From assembly GCA_964352915.1 (NCBI GenBank), contig CAYGTQ010000002.1:1-62817 (forward strand): 62,817 nucleotides of DNA, written 5' to 3'. Origin of the DNA: an uncultured Legionellales bacterium (GTDB taxonomy: Bacteria; Pseudomonadota; Gammaproteobacteria; PIVX01). This document shows, piece after piece, positions 1 to 7,769 of the stretch (position 1 is its first letter; the number at the start of each line of letters is the position of its first letter). A program made the position numbers and the translations under genes. The notes beneath the pieces are model-generated. The model saw nothing but the letters and a program-made list of their open reading frames with translations. It made no database searches and was not told where the DNA came from.

Positions 1-289
1 ATCACCGATAATTTTCAAGTGCTTAATCTCGCATCTTGAACTGTAATGGGTATATATCAGTCGTGTCATACAAATGAATGTCATTTCTATGATGTTTCTT
101 TAAATGATTCTTTAGTTTTTGGCATTGAAGACGCAGATTTTTGCACATTGTCAATTGATTGATTTTCTGGTAATTACTTAACATGAACCCATACGCCAAT
201 ACCCGTGATGCTGAAGAAAAATAAGGCTGCTGAAATTAATTTGACGTTTTTCATCATTTTTTCTCCCGGTAGAAAAATATTAGGTCAGT

Positions 290-318
290 AAAAACTGCCC
301 GAAACTTAGCTCGGGCAG
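290..318 (-). terminator. Rho-independent terminator downstream of the Hsp20 gene
   Basis: Perfect 8-bp inverted repeat CTGCCCGA/TCGGGCAG (295-302, 311-318) with an 8-nt loop. On the minus strand the stem is followed by a U5 run (A290-A294 on plus). It lies about 40 nt past the stop at 357. Confidence 0.6.
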
Positions 319-356
319 CAGTATGGATAACCCCAGATTGTGATAACGGCTATTAT

Positions 357-788
357 CTACTGGATGGTAATTGCTTTCTGCTTAGCAGTTTCTTTTTTAC
401 CAATCTCTACGTATAGAACACCATGCTCCATTTTAGCTGAGACTTGATTGGCATCAGAAGAGCTGGGTAAAGATATGCATCTCCTGAATTTACCAAACTG
501 CCTCTCTACGTGGTGGTTGTTTCCATGTCGCTGTTCTTGGGTACTTTCACGTTTACCTTCAATGGTCAAAATTTGATTTTCTATAGATACGTGCACATCT
601 TTTTTATCCATACCAGGCAAATCAGCTGATATTAAGATATGATCAGGTGTCTCTTTCACATCCAAGTTAGGCATCCATTGACTGAGAAAAGTATCTTGTT
701 CAAAAGAAGGGGATAGCGACCAATCATCTTTCATTATTTGGTTCAACTCTTTCAATAAGTTTCTTGGTTGATAAGTGACTAATGACAT
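357..788 (-). CDS. Small heat shock protein, Hsp20/alpha-crystallin family (IbpA-like)
   Basis: 143-aa ORF with an alpha-crystallin core (ADLPGMDKKDVHVSIENQILTIEGKRE ... HGVLYVEI). GGAG Shine-Dalgarno 7 nt upstream of the ATG. Confidence 0.9.
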   Translation of the reverse strand: MSLVTYQPRNLLKELNQIMKDDWSLSPSFEQDTFLSQWMPNLDVKETPDHILISADLPGMDKKDVHVSIENQILTIEGKRESTQEQRHGNNHHVERQFGKFRRCISLPSSSDANQVSAKMEHGVLYVEIGKKETAKQKAITIQ

Positions 789-819
789 GACAATTCTCCT
801 TTCTAAGTTGTTCTCAATT

Positions 820-851
820 ATATAAGTGAAGTCTTTTATTATTTTTTCAAG
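820..851 (-). promoter_or_regulatory. Possible sigma-32-type heat-shock promoter for hsp20
   Basis: Minus strand reads CTTGAAA (845-851), a 17-nt spacer, then CACTTATAT (820-828). The -35 matches the sigma-32 CTTGAAA consensus well. The -10 is only a weak match to CCCCATNTA. Confidence 0.25.
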
Positions 852-1240
852 TCATTGGGATAGATTAAAATAAGTTTGGCTTCTCTCATGCAATGTATGT
901 GTTCAGTTGCTAAATCACTAAAATTTATGAGCTTGATATTCAAATAAATCAGTAATCTGTTGAATCTATAGGATTGCTCTATGCGGCTTTAAATCAACCA
1001 TAGTTCATAGCTTTGATGCTTCGCTTGTCCTGACAATGCATCCATTTATTCTTTAGCGAATTTATATTGTGTTTCAGCAGGGGTAAATAGCAAGTTCATA
1101 TTGTTCAATATTAAGTATTTGGGATGTGAATCCCATAATTTAGCATGACAAAAAGGACAGCTTAAAGGTAAGCTATCAGGGTTAATAAAATGATGGCATG
1201 GTCTTTGGTTCCCTTTGAATGCACATTCATAAGTTTAAAA

Positions 1241-1780
1241 TTAAGGCAGCATTCTTTTTAAAATGTAATTTTTATTGACGGCATGATGTTTTATGGCAAC
1301 CCCTATGTGCAGTAGAATTAAGATTACCAAAACCCAGGCTGTGTAGCGATGTAAGTAGACACCAATAGAGGTAAGTAGTTCAGATGTTTCTACAAAAGGG
1401 AATGGAAAAGTGCCATAACCGTACAATGTCGGTGGGTAGCCTGATGCCGTTGATTTAATCCAGCCAGACAATGGCATTAAAATGATTAAGCCATAAAGTA
1501 AGGGGTGTCCGTAGCGAGCCATCCCTTTTTCCCAAGGGCATGTCTTAGGTAATTGTTCAGGCACAGGGTTGGCTAAGCGCCACATCAATCTTGCTAATAA
1601 CCAGAAAAGCAGCAGCATCCCAGTTGATTTATGCGCCATATAAATACTCGATTTCAGGGGCTCTTCAAAACCAACCATCAAAAAACCTACGATAAGTAAG
1701 GCTAAGATAAGCATAGAGCTTGACCAGTGAAAAATCTTGCTGATGATGCCATAGGCGTGAAGTGTATTTTTTATAGGCAT
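1241..1780 (-). CDS. Cytochrome b561 family membrane protein
   Basis: 179 aa with four predicted TM helices and conserved His positions (FHWSS..., AHKSTG..., LHRY..., KHH) typical of the CybB/b561 family. Confidence 0.8.
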   Translation of the reverse strand: MPIKNTLHAYGIISKIFHWSSSMLILALLIVGFLMVGFEEPLKSSIYMAHKSTGMLLLFWLLARLMWRLANPVPEQLPKTCPWEKGMARYGHPLLYGLIILMPLSGWIKSTASGYPPTLYGYGTFPFPFVETSELLTSIGVYLHRYTAWVLVILILLHIGVAIKHHAVNKNYILKRMLP

Positions 1781-1947
1781 GCTCTTCCTTGTTTTGTTAT
1801 CGTATGATACAACTGTCTTGCCAAATCAATCAAAGTATCGAAGGTCAGTTTACGCTTGTGGGGCTTAACTGCAAGAGATGGTGTGCATTAGCTTGATAAA
1901 TTTTAATATGGATGGAATTTACCGCGGCACAATATGAATTTGGATGT

Positions 1948-2451
1948 ATGATTATGAAGCAATTATTATCTCGTATGATTTTTTTAAGTCGCTGGTTACA
2001 AGCACCCTTATATTTCGGTCTTATTGTAGTGCTTGGGGTTTATGTTTATGAATTTGCTTTAGAGCTTTCGCGCTTGGTTGGTAAAGTAGGGCATTGTTCG
2101 GAAGCTGAGATGATGCTGTATGCCTTAGATTTGGTTGATGTGGTGATGATAGCTAACTTGTTGATTATGATTATTGTAGGTGGCTATGAAACTTTTGTAT
2201 CGCGCCTGAATTTATCTGATCATCCCGATCAGCCACATTGGTTAGATGAAGTTGATGCTGGAACTATGAAGGTGAAAGTTTCTTTAGCACTGGTCGGTAT
2301 CTCGTCTATCCATTTATTAAGAACATTTATCGATCCTGCCGAATCCTCCAATGACACTGCATTTTGGCAAGTCATGATTCATATAACTTTAATGTTCTCT
2401 GCTCTTTTCATTGCATTGATCAATTATATTCTAAGTAAAATTATTGATTAA
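1948..2451 (+). CDS. yqhA: UPF0114 family inner-membrane protein YqhA
   Basis: SRWLQAPLYFGL ... GGYETFVS ... SSIHLLRTF aligns with E. coli YqhA as remembered. The track ORF starts at 1912; in-frame ATGs at 1948 and 1954 fit the family N-terminus better. Confidence 0.8.
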   Translation: MIMKQLLSRMIFLSRWLQAPLYFGLIVVLGVYVYEFALELSRLVGKVGHCSEAEMMLYALDLVDVVMIANLLIMIIVGGYETFVSRLNLSDHPDQPHWLDEVDAGTMKVKVSLALVGISSIHLLRTFIDPAESSNDTAFWQVMIHITLMFSALFIALINYILSKIID

Positions 2452-2983
2452 AATTTTTATTTTACAGTAAATATATTTTGAGAGAAGCATTTGAGCATCT
2501 CAGTCACTCAGTCAATGAAATGACTACTTTTGTAGTGCATCTCGAGCATTTAAAGTTTTTTATGAGGATAAACAGAGCATGTTATGTCAATTTATGTGGG
2601 TAGAAAGCTCTATGGGTCAATATGGTACACCGGCTCGATGTGAATAAACTTGGGTAAGGTCCTTTAGAGATCACTTTGGTTTATAGGTGCATGTTTGTAT
2701 GGAGCTCAGGGTTTTCGTTGACAATATAATATGTATTATAGTCATTAAAATTACTGAGATTTAACCGTATTGTTCTATAATTATTAACTATTTTCCCTTC
2801 GTTCTTACAGAATGACATCTGGTTTAATTTGAGTCTATTTTATTCAAAATATTTTAGGTTTGTAGGAGTGGTAATGGACTAAAAATTTACGCAATAGTCA
2901 TGTACAATTAGTAAGGATACTTTTGCTGATGATGACAAGATACTAAGAATTTACGGTGATTTATAGTACAAGGATGACTCTAG

Positions 2984-3604
2984 ATGACACAATTTTTTTC
3001 TATTCATACCGATAGTCCGGAATCACGGGCTTTTCGTAAGGCCACACGTGTAATCAAGCACGGTGGATTGGTGGTTTATCCGACAGACTCTGGTTATGCT
3101 TTAGGTTGCCAGCTCGGGGCACGAGATGCTTTGCGCAGGATCCGTAAAATCCGCCAGCTGGATGATGGTCATAATATGACTTTGGTATGCCGAGATTTGT
3201 CTGATTTATCTACTTATGCCAAGGTCACCAACAGCGTATTTCGATTGCTCAAAGCTTTTACACCTGGCTCTTATACATTTTTGCTGCATGCGACCAAAGA
3301 AATTCCCAAAAAAATGCTGCATCCGGAGCGTAAAACAGTCGGATTGCGCGTGCCTGATCACGCGATAGCGTGGACATTACTTGAGGCTTTAGGTGGGCCT
3401 TTAATGAGCACCACCTTGTTGTTGCCTAATGCTCAAGCACCTCTATCTGAACCAAGCGCAATACGTGACTTACTGGGCCAACAGGTTGATTTAATTATTG
3501 ATGGTGGAGATTGTGCGCATGAACCCACCACAATTGTTGATTTTACCAGCGGTGAGCCTAAAATAGTTCGTGAAGGTAAAGGTGATCCAGCCCCTTTTAA
3601 ATAG
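2984..3604 (+). CDS. yciO: YrdC/Sua5-domain protein, YciO subfamily (threonylcarbamoyl-AMP synthase-like)
   Basis: 206 aa. GGLVVYPTDSGYALGC ... NMTLVCRDLS ... GSYTFLL ... VGLRVPDH are YrdC-fold motifs with YciO-type spacing. Confidence 0.8.
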   Translation: MTQFFSIHTDSPESRAFRKATRVIKHGGLVVYPTDSGYALGCQLGARDALRRIRKIRQLDDGHNMTLVCRDLSDLSTYAKVTNSVFRLLKAFTPGSYTFLLHATKEIPKKMLHPERKTVGLRVPDHAIAWTLLEALGGPLMSTTLLLPNAQAPLSEPSAIRDLLGQQVDLIIDGGDCAHEPTTIVDFTSGEPKIVREGKGDPAPFK

Positions 3605-3710
3605 CTCGATGAAGCTGTGAGAGAAGCAAGAAAGCTTTGAGATTTGACTAAATATAGAATATAATGAGAGAAACTCTATCATGCGTTCACAATTAAGGTA
3701 ACATCACTTT

Positions 3711-4517
3711 ATGTCAGATATAGAAGAAGCTTCAACAGTTGCAGATTTGGCGTTGGTTCAAGGTGAGCCTTATGCGGATGTGCCGCAGGATCTGTACATT
3801 CCCCCTGACGCGCTTAAGGTCATTTTGTCGTCATTTGAAGGTCCTATGGATCTTTTGCTCTACCTTATCAAAAAGCAAAACTTGGATATTTTAGATATTC
3901 CTATTGCCAAGGTAGCAGCGCAATACATGCATTACATTGAGCTCATGCAAGAGATGCAGTTGGAATTAGCCGCAGATTATTTGGTGATGGCAGCAGTTCT
4001 TGCTGAGCTTAAATCACGCATGCTTTTACCAAAGCCTAAAGATGCCTATGAAGATGAAGAAGACCCACGTTTGCTGCTTATGCAAAAGCTGCGTGCTTAT
4101 GAACAGTTCAAACAATTGGCTGAGCTCATCGACCAAATTGCACGTCAGGATAGGGATACTTTTCAAGCATCTGAGAAAATGGATAATTTACCTATCGAAA
4201 TACCACAACCTAAAGTAGGTTTTAGCGATCTGTTAGGAGCTTTTAAAGGCATGTGCCTGAGAATACGCAGCAAAGCAGAACATCGAATTGAGCTTGAGTA
4301 TTTAAGTGTACGTGAGCGCATGACCGACATACTCTCACGTATTGATCGTGAGACTTATACACAGCTCGAAGTTTACTTATCACAAACTGAAGGTCGTGTG
4401 GGTGTGGTGGTGACTTTGCTGGCTATTTTAGAATTGATGAAGCAGCACACGTTAGATGTGGTGCAATCAGAGCCTTATCAAACAATTTACATAAAAGGAT
4501 TGGTATGCCCAACATAA
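3711..4517 (+). CDS. scpA: Segregation and condensation protein A (kleisin)
   Basis: 268 aa. FEGPMDLLLYLIKKQNLDILDIPIAKV is the ScpA N-terminal signature. It overlaps scpB by 13 nt. Confidence 0.9.
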   Translation: MSDIEEASTVADLALVQGEPYADVPQDLYIPPDALKVILSSFEGPMDLLLYLIKKQNLDILDIPIAKVAAQYMHYIELMQEMQLELAADYLVMAAVLAELKSRMLLPKPKDAYEDEEDPRLLLMQKLRAYEQFKQLAELIDQIARQDRDTFQASEKMDNLPIEIPQPKVGFSDLLGAFKGMCLRIRSKAEHRIELEYLSVRERMTDILSRIDRETYTQLEVYLSQTEGRVGVVVTLLAILELMKQHTLDVVQSEPYQTIYIKGLVCPT

Positions 4518-5266
4518 AATGTATTTTAGAAGCTGCGCTTATGGTGGCGGGACGATCTTTGGCAATCAAAGACATGTTGGCGCTGTTCACAGAAGATGAA
4601 CGACCAAGTAGCCAAGCTTTGCAAGAGGCACTTGATGCTATTCATAAGGATTGTGAGAACAGAGGTTATGAATTAAAAATTTTAGCCAGTGGCTATCAGT
4701 TTCAAGCCAGAGAAGAGTGGGGTAGTTGGGTTGCCCGCCTTTGGCAAGAAAAGCCACCGAAGTTATCAAAAGCTTTGCTTGAAACCTTGGCTATTATTGC
4801 TTACCGTCAACCTGTTACCCGTGCTGAGATTGAAGAAATTCGTGGTGTAGCCACCAGTACAACGATTATTAAAACTCTGCTGGAATACACATGGATTAAA
4901 GTGATTGCGTATCGTGATGTGCCAGGAAAACCTGCTCTTTTAGGAACGACATCCCAGTTTTTAGATCATTTTAATTTGCAAGCGCTTGATGAACTACCAA
5001 AAATGGAAGATCTGATAAATCATGCTGAAAGCGAACAATCTATGGAAGAGAAGATGACTGATTGGTCTGCATCTAATATAATTGGTTCCAGTGAATCACT
5101 GTCAACAGATGAGGAAGTTGACTCCAATAAGCAATTACTAACAGCAGATAGCAACCCAGATGACGCAAGTTCAGAGCTTCTGAGTGATGCTGAAAAAATT
5201 ACCCACCTTGAAGAAGAGATCTCCCAAGCAGAGCTTCTTGAAGAAGACATGGCAGTTAGAGCTTAA
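4505..5266 (+). CDS. scpB: Segregation and condensation protein B, with a long acidic C-terminal extension
   Basis: LETLAIIAYRQPVTRAEIEEIRGV ... GKPALLGTTSQFLDHFNL are ScpB winged-helix motifs. An extra Asp/Glu/Ser-rich tail of about 80 aa follows. Confidence 0.9.
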   Translation: MPNIKCILEAALMVAGRSLAIKDMLALFTEDERPSSQALQEALDAIHKDCENRGYELKILASGYQFQAREEWGSWVARLWQEKPPKLSKALLETLAIIAYRQPVTRAEIEEIRGVATSTTIIKTLLEYTWIKVIAYRDVPGKPALLGTTSQFLDHFNLQALDELPKMEDLINHAESEQSMEEKMTDWSASNIIGSSESLSTDEEVDSNKQLLTADSNPDDASSELLSDAEKITHLEEEISQAELLEEDMAVRA

Positions 5267-6009
5267 TGACACCAGAATCTGATAAATCCTTTATCCGTTT
5301 GCAAAGCTATCTTGCTCAAATGGGTGTGGCTTCTCGTCGTACAATCGAATTATGGATTAGTGAACAACGCATTGTGGTTGATGGTAAGCACGCCACACTT
5401 GGTCAGCGTATTTGCGGTGATGAGCGTGTGGTCATCGATGGTGAAGCAATTAAATTGGCTTCTCTCGCAAAACAAAAAATACGGGTTGTAATGTATCACA
5501 AACCTGTTGGGGTCATTTGTACGCGCTTTGATGAAAAAGAGCGAACCACAGTTTTTTCACAATTGCCAGAGCCTCATCAAGGCAGATGGATTTCTGTGGG
5601 TAGACTCGACATCCATTCAAGTGGCCTACTGCTGTTGACCACTGATGGTCAATTGGCTCATCGACTGATGCATCCCAGCAGTGGTTTTGTGCGTTCCTAT
5701 TTGGTGCGAGTTGATCAGAAGCTATCAATGGCACAATGCCAGACTTTGCGCCAAGGCATTACCATTGACGGACAGACTTATCAAATTTCTGACTTGAAAC
5801 TTAAACGTCAGACAACCAGCAATCCGTGGTATCAAGTATCTCTTTATACCGGAAAGAATCAAGAAGTTCGGCAATTGTTCGCAGAAATAGGTGTGCAAGT
5901 AAGTCGCTTGATGCGGATACAGTACGGTCCCATTACTTTGCCGAAATCTTTGCATCCAGGGCAATATAAAGATTTGTCTTTTGAACAGGTTAAAGAGCTA
6001 CAATTATAA
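5266..6009 (+). CDS. rluB: 23S rRNA pseudouridine synthase, RsuA/RluB family
   Basis: N-terminal S4 domain (RLQSYLAQMGVASRR) and catalytic GRLDIHSSGLLLLTTDG motif. Conserved position after scpAB. Confidence 0.85.
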   Translation: MTPESDKSFIRLQSYLAQMGVASRRTIELWISEQRIVVDGKHATLGQRICGDERVVIDGEAIKLASLAKQKIRVVMYHKPVGVICTRFDEKERTTVFSQLPEPHQGRWISVGRLDIHSSGLLLLTTDGQLAHRLMHPSSGFVRSYLVRVDQKLSMAQCQTLRQGITIDGQTYQISDLKLKRQTTSNPWYQVSLYTGKNQEVRQLFAEIGVQVSRLMRIQYGPITLPKSLHPGQYKDLSFEQVKELQL

Positions 6010-6023
6010 GATTAGGTAGCTCA

Positions 6024-6929
6024 TTAAAAACTGAAACCATCTTTACCATTGCGTTTGGCACGGTACATGGCTTCATCAGCTTTTTCTAATAAAGTAGAAG
6101 AGGATTCATCTTGTTTGAGCATGGCAATACCAATGCTGACTGTTACTGTTAGTTCTTTGGATTTGTATTTGCATCTCAATGAGCGGATTTTTTGGCAAAT
6201 ACGATCAGTTAGTATCTCAGCCCCTTGCTCACTGGTTTTGCTAAGTATAGTAACAAATTCTTCACCGCCAGCTCTGAAAATGATGTCTGAGTCACGAATG
6301 CACTGATTAAGAGTTTGGGCAAAGGATTTAAGCACCACGTCACCTGCTGCGTGCCCATGATGGTCATTGATTTTCTTAAAGTCATCCAAATCTAACGCTA
6401 AAATAGCGAGATCAGCTTGGTGCCTTCTTGCTAAATCAATTTCTCGATTTAACGTGGGGATCATCGTGGTGCGATTGAGCACGCCTGTCAAAGGATCGAT
6501 GAGAGCAGACTGTAGGGCTTCATAGTGACTCAATGCATTTCTTAATGGCAACAACAGTAGCATCAGCAGAGATTCTAATTCTTGGATCTCAAATTCTGTG
6601 AATGGTTTATTCTGAAACAGCGTCGTACTACCTAAATGATGATTTTGAATAGATAATTGGTAATTTAAGCGAAAACTGGTTTCTTTCCCAAAGTTAATAT
6701 GGATCGCGTCGTTGATATTTTGAAAAATCATGCCTTCTACAGGCATATGTTGGCGCAGATGATGGAAAAAGACATCAATCAAACTGTGGATATCAAGAGA
6801 GGTCTGTAATGCCAACATCATGTTGATTTGGATAGGAGTTTGTGTCGATTTAACCAATTGCTCAGATAATCCAGGCTTTGTACTGTTTTCGATTAAATGA
6901 ATCTCAATCGGATCATGTGTATTGCTCAT
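6024..6929 (-). CDS. Diguanylate cyclase (GGDEF domain) with an N-terminal GAF-like sensor region
   Basis: C-terminal DPLTGVLNR ... LDLDDFKKINDHHGH ... RAGGEEF. An RxxD I-site (RDSD) lies five residues upstream of GGEEF. Confidence 0.85.
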   Translation of the reverse strand: MSNTHDPIEIHLIENSTKPGLSEQLVKSTQTPIQINMMLALQTSLDIHSLIDVFFHHLRQHMPVEGMIFQNINDAIHINFGKETSFRLNYQLSIQNHHLGSTTLFQNKPFTEFEIQELESLLMLLLLPLRNALSHYEALQSALIDPLTGVLNRTTMIPTLNREIDLARRHQADLAILALDLDDFKKINDHHGHAAGDVVLKSFAQTLNQCIRDSDIIFRAGGEEFVTILSKTSEQGAEILTDRICQKIRSLRCKYKSKELTVTVSIGIAMLKQDESSSTLLEKADEAMYRAKRNGKDGFSF

Positions 6930-6992
6930 GCCTATGCCTAACTGTTGAAATCGCTTTACATTTACAGTTAAGCATAGTACGAAATTGAAGAT

Positions 6993-7769
6993 TTAGAGGG
7001 GATTTACCAGCTTGTGGCATAACCCGCTGATTGTATTTGATTTTTTTTCTAAAAGGAAGGAATAAAGAGGCGCCAGTTGACTGGGCTCCTGTAATGGGGT
7101 TGTGTCTTCTGCTGGTAGAGCTTGGGCTCTAAGCCTAGATTTTGTGTGCATTGGTATCACCTGGTGAGCAGCGATTGAGGTATGAGCAAGCTCATCACTT
7201 ATCAGTTTAAAGAAGGTATTTTGGCTGGCTTGAGCGATGGCAAAAGCACCCCAATAAGCTATTTTTCTGTTATTAAATTCAGTAGCAGTCATTATAATAG
7301 ATGCGTGCTCAGCTGCCTGCATCAAAGGCAGAAGCCCTTGGGTTAGCAAAATCGGCGCAGTCACATTCACTTGTTGAACTTCTTGCCACAGTGCTGGCGG
7401 GTAATGCGCTGCAGAGGTCAATATGCCTAGCATAGCCGCAGCATGGACTAAGCCGTGCACTGTGGTGTGGCATTTGCATAAGGTATCCAGCAAGTCATTG
7501 AGTTTATCCTGGTTTAAATCACGAAAATCTAGCGTAAAGCTCTGGGGCGTAGGGTAACCAAGCTTGCTGATGGCATCAGACAGCTGATTAAGAGGTTTTG
7601 CGCGCCGCCCCAGCAAAACCAATTGAGCACCACGCTTGACTAAATCATAGGCAATGGCTGTGCCTAAGCTTCCGTAGGCTCCAGTTAACACTATCACTTG
7701 CTTTTCAAGTCTAATGCCATCCCATGTGCTATTGGGCTTGTGTGATTGAATGGTGGGCTCAGTGTTCAT
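6993..7769 (-). CDS. YciK-like short-chain dehydrogenase/reductase fold protein, with the catalytic residues substituted
   Basis: Rossmann motif [10 protein letters not shown] and strong collinearity with YciK ([24 protein letters not shown]). The expected S...YxxxK is T/A...FAIAQ. The start overlaps the mutS stop by 11 nt. Confidence 0.8.
   Translation of the reverse strand: MNTEPTIQSHKPNSTWDGIRLEKQVIVLTGAYGSLGTAIAYDLVKRGAQLVLLGRRAKPLNQLSDAISKLGYPTPQSFTLDFRDLNQDKLNDLLDTLCKCHTTVHGLVHAAAMLGILTSAAHYPPALWQEVQQVNVTAPILLTQGLLPLMQAAEHASIIMTATEFNNRKIAYWGAFAIAQASQNTFFKLISDELAHTSIAAHQVIPMHTKSRLRAQALPAEDTTPLQEPSQLAPLYSFLLEKKSNTISGLCHKLVNPL

Noticed and set aside
1-39. Open frame entering from the left edge and ending at TGA 37-39 (ITDNFQVLNLAS*), possibly the 3' end of an upstream gene.
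   Set aside because: Only 12 codons are visible, which cannot be distinguished from chance.
2735-2765. AT-rich near-palindrome AATATAATATGTATTATAGTCATTAAAAT, which resembles the central and right part of a dif (XerCD) site.
   Set aside because: About 12 of 16 positions match the dif core. The left (XerC) arm matches poorly (5/11). AT-rich palindromes arise easily in this composition. It is not supportable without a genome-wide GC-skew terminus position.
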